Source: Takakia lepidozioides (taxonomy: Eukaryota > Plantae > Bryophyta). Taken from it: a DNA stretch of 64,000 nucleotides. Numbering within the stretch: position 1 is the first letter of the stretch; each line of letters opens with the position of its first letter. The position numbers and the translations under genes were made by a program. The notes under the pieces are model-generated. The model was not told where the DNA came from. It saw nothing but the letters and a program-made list of their open reading frames with translations, and did no database searches. Location of the stretch: positions 54,002,001 to 54,066,000 of the forward strand of contig CM060733.1 of the NCBI GenBank assembly GCA_030704615.1, given 5' to 3'. Of the stretch, positions 50,631 to 64,000 are shown one piece after another.

Positions 50631-51869
50631 CATCTTTTTATCTCTTCTGTCTCCCCGAGTTATTGTTCTGGGTTGTGGAACATCAAATGTTCCTTCGTGC
50701 TCTTGGACTAGTCTGTTTCACCACCAGGAGGAGAGATATTTGTGGAATGAAGATCTAGCTCGGGGTCAAACCCTGTAAAATCATCAACAAGCTCAAGAGT
50801 GTAGTTCCCTATGGAAACAATCAGCAAGAGGTGCTTGACAGCCGCAGGTGAGAAGCCAGAGAACTAAATTTCCTGAGTGTGTCAAAGCAGGTGAAAAGAC
50901 ATCTCATCACCTGTAACACACATGAAGATTTCATGCCAAGAATAGAAGTTCAAAGAGGTAATCCCCCAATCTGGAGACTCTGACAACTCTGAATTCAGTG
51001 GCAGGTGTTGCGGACGAACCCCCCAAGGTGTTCCACCACCACTGGCTTCACATTCCTGTGACCAAGCATGTATGTTGCTCTGGAGTCATCACCATGTGGT
51101 GGTGATATCCTTGGCAGCATACATCAATCTGAAAAATAGTCGCGTTGTGGCACTCAGCTCTTCACTTCCCGAGACAACTTCATATAGAGTTTTCAATCTT
51201 AGATTTGAATAATGTCACCCATTCACATTCAAGAAGAAAGAATCCAGCCTTAGCCAAGAGCCACTTGGTCTTATGGCTACTGCCCCTTTTCCGGGGGTAG
51301 GCTCTAGTAAGAATGTGCCCATTCACATTACATAGAACTGAGTAGAGTCATGATCTGCAGAAATGTTAAAGAAAAAGTGATGTGGCTAAGCATATGCCAC
51401 AATCCTTGTCATGAATGTGATGAGAACATGTTCAGAGCTTGCCAGCATCCATGAGTTGCCAAAGCTGTGGGCACCTGTATCCCACCCACCACAAAGGCAC
51501 AATGCGCATGCTTGGCATGCATCCTTTGTCCATTATATCACATTTTAAATAAGGTGGCAGTCCCTGACTTTAAAGCCATCCAAGATCAGAAGACCACTCA
51601 ACTGCTGCCATTCATATGAGATCCAAGATCAGAAGACTACTCAAATCTTCTTTGCAGATGAATGAGGATGTGTTACTCAGACTGTATTTCCTGCAGTTCC
51701 AAGCAAACAATCATGGGTGCGTCAGTCCCTCTCTCTCTCTCTCCCCTGCACACAACTCAGGCATATCACTTGTGTGGTAAATAGGATAGAAACCCCATTG
51801 TGGTGTAGGATGATATCCCAATAAACTTACCCAAAGAGGAATCATTGAACAATCTTACCCTTGCTTTAC

Positions 51870-52095
51870 ACTCTAGGTAGATGAAAATTGGAGCACTAAT
51901 CCAACTACAAAACGATGGGCCACATAAAGAGCTTTTCAATGGTATCTTAAGTTTCTAAAAGGGTTAGAATTGAGGGTATCAAAAGAGGGTGCACCATGAT
52001 GGGCACTTATTTTAAGCCCAAATTACTCTAGGTAGATGAACTCTATTGAAAATTCATGAAGATGGGGCATGTAAAGAGCTTTCCAATGGTATCTT
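51870..52095. repeat. Diverged direct repeat (ctctaggtagatgaa...aaagagctttYcaatggtatc, two copies), possible MITE remnant
   Basis: The same motif pair occurs at ~51871-51945 and ~52026-52093. Confidence 0.55.
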
Positions 52096-52922
52096 TACCT
52101 TACCAAGAGACAGGGGTGACATGGGTGAGGTGGGTCACATGCAAGCATCGCTCCCTCTTGCTACACCTCCATTTTAGGGTCATAAAAATTGAGAATTGGA
52201 CTCTGCTGCCAACTAGACAAATTTAGCCTATTTAAAGGCTTTCTGTTGATATGTACATGGTGCTAGAGGTAAAAGTAACTGGAATAGATGCTCCTTTAAC
52301 TGCTGTGGTGCGTCATGATGAGTGTTTCTAGTTTCTACCCTAAAATCAATAAGCCTGCAACCGGGCTGTCGAGTTTGCATGCGGACAACTTGTGCCTCTG
52401 CGAGCGCCTTAATGGCAGTTGCGGGAAAGTAAGTAATAGGGGAGGTGCCATTCCGAGATTCTATTATACTTACCTGCAGGCTGCAGTTGAGGTGTGGGGA
52501 TAAGCTAAAGCTCGGTGGGGGCGAACGGCAACCAACGTTGCAGGGACCGGCATGAGTACTCTCTCTTTTCGTCTTTGATGTCGTTTGATGTTTTGTAAAG
52601 TGGGTTTGTGTTGTTCCCTGGGCCCTCATTTTAGTTTCTTCATTTCTGCTCTCTCTCTCTCTCTCCCTCATAGAAGTTTCTTTTCTGACATGGATGTGGA
52701 AGTGGGTATGGAATGAATAATTTTCCTTCATTTTTCTCTCATGTGTGGGTCTTGCCAAGTTTTGCGGGTCAACCAAGTTTTGATCGAGATCGAGAGCTGC
52801 ACTTGTAGGCATCAACCCCTGCACAACCAAGAATAGAACCGATACTTCTATGGAGCTTTGAACACAAGAAGAAAGTCAACTACAGAAATTAACACCTTCA
52901 GCCGGTGACCCTCGTGACTCTA

Positions 52923-53084
<162 letters not shown>

Positions 53085-56000
53085 TCAGCTAATTGCTGCC
53101 TGCATAAGTCGACTTCGTAAATTACAGAAATTTTGCCTGCCCAATACAGAAAGCGAACAAGTCCTCATCACCCCTTCCTCACTGTGGCACCAAAATCTCA
53201 GAATCTTCAAAAGATTAATTGCGGGTCCCTTCAGCATTGAATCAACTTTCGGATTCATACGTAACAGGGCAAGAACCTGAAAAAGCCTGCTGGTTCTGCA
53301 ACATCAGCAGCCTTGTGGTCTTTGCAACCACGCTACCGGCGTGCTTAGCAACATTGTTTCCCACCTTGTCTACGAAGCCCACAGCGAGAGATGCACTGCC
53401 CAGTTAATTCCTACAGGCTAAGGAGGAGTGACGCGTCTGAAAGGAAGGAGAAAGATGGGCTGTGTCGCGATCCCAAACGCAGGTGGCAGGCACGCTAACG
53501 TTCTACGCCACTACACCTGCTGCCATGGCGGGCTGGATTTGACAGAGCAGTGGTAGTGTGCAAGGGCACATCAGAGAGAAATTGTTTGTTGGCTCCTCCC
53601 TGTAGGAAAACCAGTTTGATCCTGTTGTGCCTTCCCCAGGTAACACCTCCTTCGTTGTGGAAGTGAAATGACAAGACAAGCATGATATTTTTAATTAGTT
53701 ATAGATGGAATCTCGCCGAGGATTCACGGTAAACCAGGAGCAGTGGAGTACAAGCTTGCGATGGCCAGGATTTCAAACCCCACAATCCAACCGGATGCAG
53801 GTTGAGCTTTTTCAGGCACACTCTCCGTTGTCTAGTGCAGTTTTTTAGTCAGGGCGTTTTTTTGTCAACCTCTTCGCACATGCTTGTGGCGAAGAGAGCT
53901 GCGAGGCAAAACAAATTGCAAAAAGCTGCAACACCTACTGCAGCTATGGGATATGAGCACTGCACTGAACGTCATAAAGGCACGCCCATCTTCGGTCCGG
54001 AGTCCGGACCATATAATAAGCACTTGTCCAGGCTCAGTTCAGCTGGGACCCACCTTGTGGGAAGTAATAGCTCCATGGAATGGCCAGCATGGGCATAGCT
54101 GTCTGCGATGCCTGTACCTATGTACAGTGCTGACTGCTTTCGTCAAGGTGACTGTAAAGCCTTATTATCGGGCCTTTTCAGGTAGGTAGTGTCTTTAGCT
54201 CGGATTTCCTAACCTCACGACGCTCGCTGCTGCCAATGCTTGAAACTTGAGTTTGTGTATCGCCATCAACTACTTATTAGGCTATGCTCATTACATGAAA
54301 CAGTTATGAGCTGTGCAAAAACGAATAATGAAGATTCTCAGCGGTGCGATGAAAAGCTGTCACAGGGAGCTTGAATCTAGGCTGCGGCTGTCAGAACCTG
54401 GTCAGAAGTCAGAACCAGGCTAGATTTGACATTTTCGCCACAAGCACAGTCGCCTACCTAGCTATGCTGTGCTGCAGCTTCTGCAAAGTGCGCTTCGCAT
54501 CAGATCTGAAACGGGTGGGTAGGTATAGTTATGTAGGTGGTAGGTGCGTGTGCGGTTGCCAGGGTGAAGAAAAGCGGCCTTCCAATTTCTTCAGCCACGC
54601 TTCCTGAATGCTTTCTCGAACAGACCATAGCTCTACTACAAACAACCTTTGGTCTGGCATTTAGCCTCCACCTTCAAGGCCGGTACCTGATGAAAAAAGA
54701 GGAGATGCAGTCAGTGGGTATCTGAACTTCGACTCCCCTGGAGGCTGGGGTATCCCCTTTACCAATATATGTACACTATATTTTTGTCAATGGAGATCCT
54801 GAGATCAGAAACAAGGTTTCAGATTCCACTCTTAGCCACTTCACATCAGATTCACAACCCGATTCAACAATCGATTCAAGACTGTCAGGGTTTCCAGAGA
54901 GCCACATGCACTACAATCCAAAAACGACCTCATGCTTGTGGATCAAGTGCCTCGAAAGAGTTCTAGACAGTTGCGATTGGCGTGTCAGGCGTAGGCCCTG
55001 GGCAGTAGGTAGTGAATCCATATCGATCCTCCCTTCGTCGATGTTAAAACGGCTAGAATTTGTACGACAGAATCCCGGCCGTTCCAATGGAAAAGAATTG
55101 AGATTACGTAAAGGATGAAAGCCGCTGGGCCCCCGCCGAATTTGGCGTTGATGGCGCGCTCAGTGTTCCGTCCGGTTGCCGGTCTCAGGGCTCGGCATCC
55201 CCGTGCCACGGCCCGAACCATACCGAACGAAGAATGGATGACTTCCAGATCTCTGCCATTAATCATCCATCTTGAGCAAACGAATACTGGATGAGAATGG
55301 AGCCTGTAATGAGTCTCAGTAACCGAAGCTGTTGGATAAACCGGGGGGACCGTAACCGAGCCTGAGGCCTGGGCACGGTGATTCCTGCGCGATTTCACAG
55401 AGAGTGAATACTTAACAGGGTGGCCGCAGTAAATGTTGGCGGTGCGCTGCTGTCCTTCCTACTCGGATCGCAGCAGCTCCGCGGATTGCAAAAGAGCTTG
55501 TCTGTCTCTCTATATTCTCGAGAATGCAGCAGATGAACTGGCTGTTGTGTAGGTAATGGTTGTTCGTTCTTCGAGCAGCTGTGTCCTGTCCCACTCTAGT
55601 TTTTGGGCTCTCTAGAGTAGAGGCTTGATTGACATGAAACTGTGGACAATACGGTGAAGACAGCAAAGCTTCCGTCGTTAACGCAGCAAACTTCTAAAAG
55701 TAGAGAGCTGGCTGTTAAAAATGGAAGCTGCAAACCAATATGGAACAGAGTGCCTCAGCTATGATGAATTTTTTTGTGACAGCCTCACGTATTGCTGCAA
55801 GCGGGTTGTAATCAGCTGAAGAAAAGAGAGTGCGTAGGGGGCTTGCGGAAAACGATGGTAGGATGTGAGAGAGCTCTGAGGAGGAAAATTACGAGAGGAT
55901 GGAAGCATCTCGCTGCAAGGTACTGAGAAGGACAGCCCAACTTAACATTGGAGGTACAAGTAACAATTGCCAGACAAAAGGGTAGGAGACAATCTATTTG

Positions 56001-56430
56001 CATGGGACGGTTGCCGGACTTTGGGCATAGGCAGGGTTCAAGTGAACGAGAGGCGATCATTGGGAGGAGCTCGGGTCGTAACGACAGTGACGCCTGAGAG
56101 TTACTCCACGCAGCTATGTTCCTCGAGGCATATGCAACTGTCGACTTGGCTGACGAGGTGCTGCCGGCTATCATCAAAGTGGTCACTGGAGTGTGAAGTG
56201 ACGAATAGAGAAGGGTGAAGACACACAGACAGACGAGTATGTTCGAACGCTTGGGGAAATGGTTGAGTCCTAGTGTCATACCTTGTGGATGCAATCCTCC
56301 AAAGCGGCGTATCCACCATCTGATTCTATATGTGCCACTCAAAGGCAGAGTGTGAAGATTTTGCGTGCTCGTGAATTGCTGCACATATCAAGCAGTGCTG
56401 AAACAATTACGAGGGCCCACTTCCTACATA

Positions 56431-59400
56431 ATGTCCACACAAGTAGACTTTCGGGCGTATTTTCTTCTACTTGCGTGGACACTCTGCTTGCAATCCCATT
56501 GTGGCTTGGCACTTCATTTGAAAGGTGCCGCTTCAGCTTTGCATGCGCTGCCCTCTACTGTTCCTTCTTCGACCAGTCCACCTTCTGTCCCGATTCTGCC
56601 ATCTCCTGACGGTGAGTATTGTCAGTTATGGCAAAAACATGGATTAGGATTGAAAAAGACTGTTCTCCAGTTTCGAATCTTTGAATATAGCATTACCAGT
56701 GGACTCTGAGGGTGATGCAGTGGGCTGGCGGATGGTCATATGGCAGAAATGTAGATTCGGAGAGAGAGATGCCCAGTATCACTACAAACTTTGGACGTTG
56801 CTCAATATTCCCAATCTGTCAGCAATGCTGATGAGACCTAGTTGGAGGTGAAGAGAGAGGAACAAATAACCAAACTTTTTAACGTCCTCCCCAATGCCCA
56901 TGGAACGAAGTAGAACAACCAGACACTAACAGAGAGGAACAGTTAAAGCCAAAAATTTCTCCTGCTGTCATTGTCTAAGGGAGATACATTGTGCATCCTC
57001 CCCCCAAGCTGGAGCCCATCCTCTTACCCCAGAGTCCATGCTCTGTCTATTTGTCTTTGCGCCATGGCTATTTGATCAGGGCTAATTCATTTGCTTCTCT
57101 GATTTTCTGCAGAGGCGGCTTTGGTTGCATTTGCAAATTCCATTACTGCAGACAAATTGGGAACTTTGAAAGATTGGAAAGCGGGCACACTCTGTATCAG
57201 CTGGAGCCATGTCACTTGTGACATCCATAATCGTGTGACTAGCCTGTAAGTGAATCCGTCTGGCACTAGTCTAAGTTCGTTCAGGGCTTCCTTATAGGGG
57301 CCAGTGAACACTTGGAAGTTACACTAACTAGAAGAGGCTCCTTGAATTCTTGAAGGGTGGGCTGTGGTACTCCAAAGTTGAGAATTGCTTTGCGTTTGTG
57401 AACAGATTAGATAGTTTTTCTTTTTGTGCCCTTCATGTTTGTCACTCGTGTCTTACATGTTTAAAACTGACAGCTCTTGTTGTTTACACGAAATTATGCG
57501 GTCGAGCGACACAGAGGAAACAATTGTTGTCCCCACTGGGCTTTCATGAATCATTCAGAATTACCTGATGTGAACCTTCTTTTTGGTTCGCAGGGATCTC
57601 TCTAGCAAATATCTTGCGGGCCAGATTCCCGATGCATTGGGTGAACTCCAGTTTCTGCAAGCCTTGTGAGTCTGCAGCCTACAATTAGACAGCTTCGTGT
57701 CACTTTGTGCCTTCAGTTTGATAGTGATGTTCACTATTAGTAGTATCTTACGCACAAGAAACGTTCAAGACCCCTTGCTCCTGAGATATCACTGTCTCTT
57801 TGAGCTTTCTGCAGATGGCGTAAAGTACCATTTCATTTCATTTCATGTGTCCCCTGCAAGTCCCTCTTATTCTTCTGTCAATAATTACAAGATGATTTTT
57901 TTGTGTAGCAGCAAGTGTCTTTTCCACAAACTGAAATTTCCTCCATTTTGCAGGAATTTGCGAAACAACCTGTTCTCTGGCACAATCCCAGCTGCATTGG
58001 GCAATCTTACTTCCCTTGCAAACTTGTAAGAAACTTTTGTTTGCAGAAAACCAGTGGTTAGCTCTGGACCTTCATTTTTCCCTTTTGAGATGTTGCTTCT
58101 CTCACCAGTGAAGTTTATACCAATGGATATTTGGAAAGTATTCTGTCCATCATAAGCATCAATCCCTCACTCTCTGCCATGTTCAGAAAACCCTCTCAGA
58201 CTTGAAAGGAGCTGGTGTGTGTACAAGGCATATACAAAAGTAAACCAGATTTTCTTAAATGGTTTCCTTGCAATACAGAGATTTGGCAAGAAACAACTTG
58301 ACTGGTGTGCTTCCCGAAACCCTTGGTCGACTCAAAAATCTTCGGTTTTTGTAAGTTATTGGACATTGTTCCATTTCCCCTAGGAAGATGTCATATTTAG
58401 CTCCATTAGTTGTGAGGATATCATGACGAGGGAGACACATACTCAATTCACCCTGACAATGTTGCCCTTGTGTACACGCACAGTAGATGAGATGCCCATT
58501 TTGTGCTTACTTTCTACTGGCATTTGCCGAAGGCTTCCTCTGCTGGGACGAGTTGTTATGAATAAGAATGGGGTTAAGGCCATGACCAGATGATCCTGCA
58601 ATAATCCTGCTTAAAATTGAAGTTTTCTCACATTCACAAGCTGGAGTACTTGATTTTGATTCTTTGTTGATGCAGGGATGTCAGCAGCAATGCTTTGAGT
58701 GAGGCAATTCCAGCAGCAGTTCTCTCTCTTCCTGACATGTATTATTTGTAAGAGCTCTCTTTCCTCTTTTCCAAAGCAGATCCCTGACATCTGCCAACCC
58801 AAACTTCTTAGTGATGATATCAACACTGTGATCTTTTACCAATTTAATCCTTGTTGACTCTACAGACCTTCCCCCTTCTCCAACCCCTAAGAACGTGTTA
58901 ATTACTCCATTGACTAGTCATGTCGTGGGCTTGCTGGGAATAAGATGTTTCCTCTGACAAGTCCTAGTGGCTTCCCCTAGTGGAACATGCCAACATGATC
59001 CATTATCTGCAATAGTACTCCTGAGTAGTGATAAGGTTGATCACAAGACAAAGCAGGGATTTCTTACAGTTCATCTCTGAAATCGTTGAAGGTGGACATC
59101 CCGTTCTGGTTTCTCACGAGATGCTGGCTGTCCACCATGCAGTGATTTAAGCAGCAACAACTTCAGTGGATTCATCACCAAAGAAGTCCACTTTCGACTC
59201 ACGTAAGTCGAATTCCGGTATCTTTTGCAAGTATAGGGATGCTCTGTTTCTATTAGAAGGGTCTTATTCTGTCTGGCCGACAGCAGACTTACAGAAGGTC
59301 TCTAGTGGGTTGATGATCTTTCGTGCCTCATGGATGCACACAGCCTAGTGAAATGGAACTTCTCCATTCGTGCCCCAAATGCTTTCATACTTGTGAATGT

Positions 59401-62400
59401 AGAATTACTGCCTGCATTGTAGTTAAGGGCACTGAAATGTCGAATTCACCCTCAGTCATACCACCAGAGAGCTTCTAATCTGCTTCTTCTTATCCACTGA
59501 GTTTTGGTACCATGGCACAGCACTTACCACAACAAACATCTTTCCGTGGCTTGCAACAACTGCATTGATGAGTCCAAATCCCAGCTCACTGCTCAGTCTG
59601 GTACTTCAAAAAAGGCACACCGCCGTGTGGCAATCATCTCTGCTACGGTGGGGGCAGCTGCTGGAGTAATTCTGGCAGTGGTATGCGTGTTCATTTTCTG
59701 TCTCTGGAGGAGGCAGACCTCCGAGAAGCAACTAAAGGCTCAGGGTACGTATATGCACAGGTTTATCAAGATTTATTTCTGGAGCGTGTGCATGCTCCTT
59801 CCTTATCCAGCTATTGCCGTCCCAAACCTACTACAATGAGTTGATCTGAAACAACCTCAATTAGATGATCCAGGGTCCATTCCTTCTTTACCACCAATGA
59901 AAGCTGATTTCTTCCTGCTTCCTTTCATCACCACGGCCTGGACATGCCTTTATGCCTCTTCTTTATTGATTGTTGAATTTCACTACATTACAGCAATGGT
60001 AACCCATGATTGATTCGATTAGAGGCCCTTTCGCTCTTCTATTCTGTCTTTATTGGCAATTTTCATCCCCTTGCATATCAGGGTGTCCCCAAGGAGTAAC
60101 AATGGACGGATTGAAAATTTGTGTCATGCCACAAACCGATGCACGGAAAGGCAGCCAAAGTCGCAGTTTCTTTTGATCTCTTTGGTGATAATGTGGCAAT
60201 GGTGGCGTAACTGGAGGTACTATTGTGGATGTATTAGATGCAGTGAAGGATCCAAGCTTAAGTAAGAGTGTCGGGAAGACTCCTTCATCTTTGTCGATGT
60301 TCTCTGGCAACAACATCCGCAATTTCAGCCTGAAGGAGCTCAAGGCTGCCACTGGCAACTTCAACCCTGAGAATCAGATTGGCTTTGGAGGATTTGGGAC
60401 TGTCTACAAGGCCATCCTGCCTTCCAGTGAGATTCTTGCTGTCAAGCGCGCACACCGAGAATCACATCAAGGCCACAATGAGTTTCATAATGGTCTGTGT
60501 TGATCTTTGGGTGCACACTAAGCTCTCTTACTCCACCTGTTTTGGAGGATTCCTTGACAATGTTGGTGAACCCAAGTTAAAGACTGTAATTTACCCTCTC
60601 TTCATGTTATCCTGAAGTATACAGACCTGACTATTAAGTCTAAAACTCACACAACGGCTCACTGGATGCTTTTGCTTCATTGCGCATGTATGCAGAGGTG
60701 GAGGTGCTCTCCAGAATTTATCACAAAAATTTGGTTAATCTCGTTGGCTTCTGTGAAGAAAAAGGCAAGCATTACCTTTAACCCTGAATTGTATGCATAT
60801 ATATTTTTGGTGTTACAGCAGCAAGTGCTTTCCTGATGCGTATCACCAGAAATGCATCTACAGAGCTGCTCATCGGAATCCTGTGTATATGCCTTGTACA
60901 GAGGTTTTGAGCTTTCCAAACTTCGGTATTTGATTTTGCTGAGGTCAAAATGTGTTCAGTGGGATCAAGTTGAGTTCCCTTGTGCAATTTCCTTGTAGTG
61001 AGCCTTGTGTGGGGCTGCATGAGGCGAATTGGTACAGGTGAACAGATTCTGGTCTATGAGTATGTGCCAAATGGAAATCTCTTTGAACACATCTCTGGTG
61101 AGGCCCTCAATCCTCTAGTGGTCCACCGTGCTCACTCCAGTAGTGACACTTGTCCTTGGAAGTATGTTCTACATGCCTTGTTTGAATGACTAGAGACACT
61201 TATTCCCAACAGGAGGAATTCAGACAACCCTCTTAGCAGTCTTTGGCAATATTCACATAGTTGTACGGGACACTAGATATTTGAGCTAGCTGTTTCTAGC
61301 AAGTTCTTTTGAACTTCTGCAACTTGTTTTGTTTCATATGGTTTCCTGTTCTTAGCTGAGTCTTTAGTACCAGCAGAAGGTTGGGCTGAATGGTGGTACT
61401 GGGATCTGCAGGGAGAATGGGCCAGACGCTTGCATGGAGACAACGATTGGGCATAGCCATTTGTGCTGCAAAAGGTTGGATAGTTAAAACTTGGTGGCTT
61501 TGTTTGTGATGATTGCAGTAAGTTGGGTTGTTCTTATCTGTACAGAGAAGGTTATGTCACCTTCAGTAAGATGCTCAGATATTCTATTTCAACTAGAAAA
61601 ATATTCTGTAAAGAGGCCCATAAACGGTAGGGAGCAAAGCAACATTGCCAATTGATCGGCATCATGCTCACTCTTGCAGGCATAGCGTACCTGCATGATG
61701 AATGCAGCCCCTCCATCATCCACCGAGATCTCAAGCCATCAAACATCTTATTGGATCACAAATACCATGCAAAGGTCTCAGATTTTGGAATCTCCAAAAT
61801 GGGGCCCATGGACAACGCAACACATGTCAGCACAGGAGTGAAGGGGACACCAGGCTATGTGGACCCATACTACTACTGCAACTCCCGCATAGGCACCTTC
61901 TGCGATGTCTACAGCTTTGGTGTCATTATTCTTCAGCTTATCACTTCCAAGCCTGCTTGTGATCGCTCACGGAAACAGGCTGCGTATAACATCATCAATT
62001 GGGTGCGTCATTTTCTAAGTGCTTTGAGTGCTTCCCATCCCTTAAATAAAAGGGAAAATAGATTGACATTTGCAAGCGTGGGTTTCAAAGTTGCTTTTGG
62101 ATGTCCTTTTCATACTTACTTCATGTGTTGCTGAGATGGCACACAAAACAATGCCAGAATAAAGGATCTGGGATTCCTTCTGAACTTCAATCATACCATC
62201 AATAGTAAAGATCACCTATGCAATGCAGTAGGAGTGCTTTGAATTTCAACTCCCACGGCTTTGCTAACATGATTAATCAATCCATCTGGCAGGTCCGACC
62301 AAGCATAGAGTCAGGCCAGCTGGAAGTGATTTTGGACCCTGACCTCCAATCCCAGCCATACAACCGTGATATTCTTCTACAAATGGCAGAGGTTGGGCTG

Positions 62401-62763
62401 CGTTGTGTAGGGAAAGATATCAAGGAGCGCCCATCTATGAGCCAAATATACCAAGAGCTGGAGCTTGCTCTGCAGATGATTGATGGCCCACCTTCAGATC
62501 CACCCAGTGCAAGTTTGTCACAAAGACATGAAAGCAGGTTGTCACATACACAGGGCAGTGCTTCCTTTAATGATGGAGAGGCACAGACGGGCAGATCATC
62601 AGACTCTGAATTCAGCCTCCCAGAACTCGGAGGCAAGGATTTCCACATCAAATTTGATGGCATGGAATGGATTGATATCAAAGAGTTGGATGTGGAGTCC
62701 TTGCAAGACATCAGTACAAATCTGAAAGAATACTACAAGTCAATTCCAGATCCTAAAAATTAA
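56431..62763 (+). CDS. Leucine-rich repeat receptor-like Ser/Thr kinase (RD kinase), about 14 exons
   Basis: Signal-peptide exon 56431-56611. LRRNT exon (DW...C.SWSHVTC). 72-bp LRR exons at 57594-57665, 57954-58025, 58279-58350 and 58676-58747. [31 protein letters not shown]. Kinase [34 protein letters not shown]. Stop at 62761-62763. Confidence 0.93.
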
Positions 62764-63505
62764 GTCTATGGAAAGACACGCTCTCACCTTGCTTCGTCTG
62801 GTCATTTCTTCAACCACTGAAAGCATGGCCTGGTTTTTGAAGAAAGTCAGCAAGGACACTGCCAAGCTTTTGTTCCAAGATTGTGCATGTCAGGAACTTT
62901 CTTGCAATGTAGCAATGGTGCTGTCCCTAAGCCTGAGTGCCTATTCCGACATAAATTGGATTGGAGGATTCTCTCACTCTGATAGCAGCCCGAAATCCTG
63001 CAAATCAGCTGCCTGTCTTCCACTCTCCAATTTCGTGGACATTGCCGATTTTCTTGAGAGATGGAACTGAACAGCGAAGTGGGAGCAATTCATGATGAAA
63101 CCTCATCAGCGGTTATCTCTGAAAGGGTATGATGTGCAGAAACACAGTGTGTGAACCTGTATGGCAAGTACATTAGCAGTTTACTCAAGGTTCGATACCA
63201 CACCATGCTTCAAACTAGAGATAGTCCTACCTTGTCTACCTTGGAGTTTCATCTTCTCCACATTGTACCATCGATTTCTTGTAATTAATAGTGGTGAAAT
63301 TGCTCCTCAGGACAAGTTTCATGTTCGTGGTGAACCCAGTAAGAATGCAGCAAAGAATTCTACCTTGTCCATCACCCAGCACGTGCCCTACCCGAAATCA
63401 CCTAATTTCCTACATGGTCAGTCTTCCCAACGGCTTCCCAATTTGTGCATAGCTAGCTTTCAAGTAGTGTGAAGTATTGTCCCATCGATTTTTGTAACGA
63501 AGGGG

Positions 63506-63772
63506 TTAAGATTGCACCTCAGGAGCAGGCCTCTGTTTCTGGTGAGCCCAGTGTGTAAATGTAGCGAATAATGCTCGCAATGCCACAGCCATTGTGAACT
63601 CTGCTGGACTAGAAATCGTTTGCCCAACATGCATAAAAGCAGGATTGTTCTTCAGAATTACGATGAGAAAAGGTTTCGACTTACTGGCACCTTTGCTGCA
63701 TGGGTTACAGAAAAGCTTGAGATTTCTGCAGGGGAGGTTATCCAGCAAATCAGCAAGATTGACTTCACTCAC
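63506..63772 (-). CDS. Possible small DDA1-like ORF or exon
   Basis: LADLLDNLPCRN..LF...QTISS...LRALF weakly resembles the DDA1 N-terminal pattern. Confidence 0.2.
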   Translation of the reverse strand: MSEVNLADLLDNLPCRNLKLFCNPCSKGASKSKPFLIVILKNNPAFMHVGQTISSPAEFTMAVALRALFATFTHWAHQKQRPAPEVQS

Positions 63773-64000
63773 TCACTCACTCACTGCCAAGTCTCTCGAT
63801 CGACCACACTCGGCCCACACACACCGATGGCGTGATTACAGTATTGGGCAATCAATCAAAAGATGCGTTTACTGCCCCCCCTCCCTTCACATCTGCTCCG
63901 CTTACCTTCCTCTCAACGCTCTGCACATGAACTGCGACCAGGAAAACATTTCGGGCAGTCCGGGCAGGTCCCAGCGGCCTGCTACGACCAAGAAAACATT

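Overview
Eukaryotic nuclear DNA with spliceosomal introns, very probably from a non-seed land plant (inferred from a GSIIB-type glutamine synthetase, a PLS-DYW PPR gene and a Tcn1-like chromovirus). Host genes lie at both ends. Left: the 3' part of a glutamine synthetase (811-2384, +) and a PLS-class PPR gene with a broken E/DYW region (5112-7595, -). Right: a triple-CCCH zinc-finger gene (~44544-50630, +) and an LRR receptor-like kinase (56431-62763, +). Between them (~9.2-43.4 kb) is a nest of decayed mobile elements: an RTE-like LINE fragment; an AP-endonuclease-like fragment; a 5'-truncated Dualen/RandI-like LINE; a ParB-like ORF; a GCM-zinc-finger/MULE-like transposase; a hAT transposase between arrays of palindromic 28-bp repeats (with a tRNA-SINE inserted); an OB-fold-like remnant; a minus-strand non-chromovirus Ty3/gypsy with a large extra 3' ORF; and a plus-strand Tcn1-like chromovirus. 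The most notable signal is the LINE, whose ORF reads RT-thumb, chromodomain, PCIF1-like adenine-methyltransferase-like domain, RNase H, restriction-like endonuclease. The chromovirus shows a self-priming PBS and carries an 85-bp antisense LSU rRNA fragment inside its RT. All family assignments come from motif recognition by eye; no database search was run.
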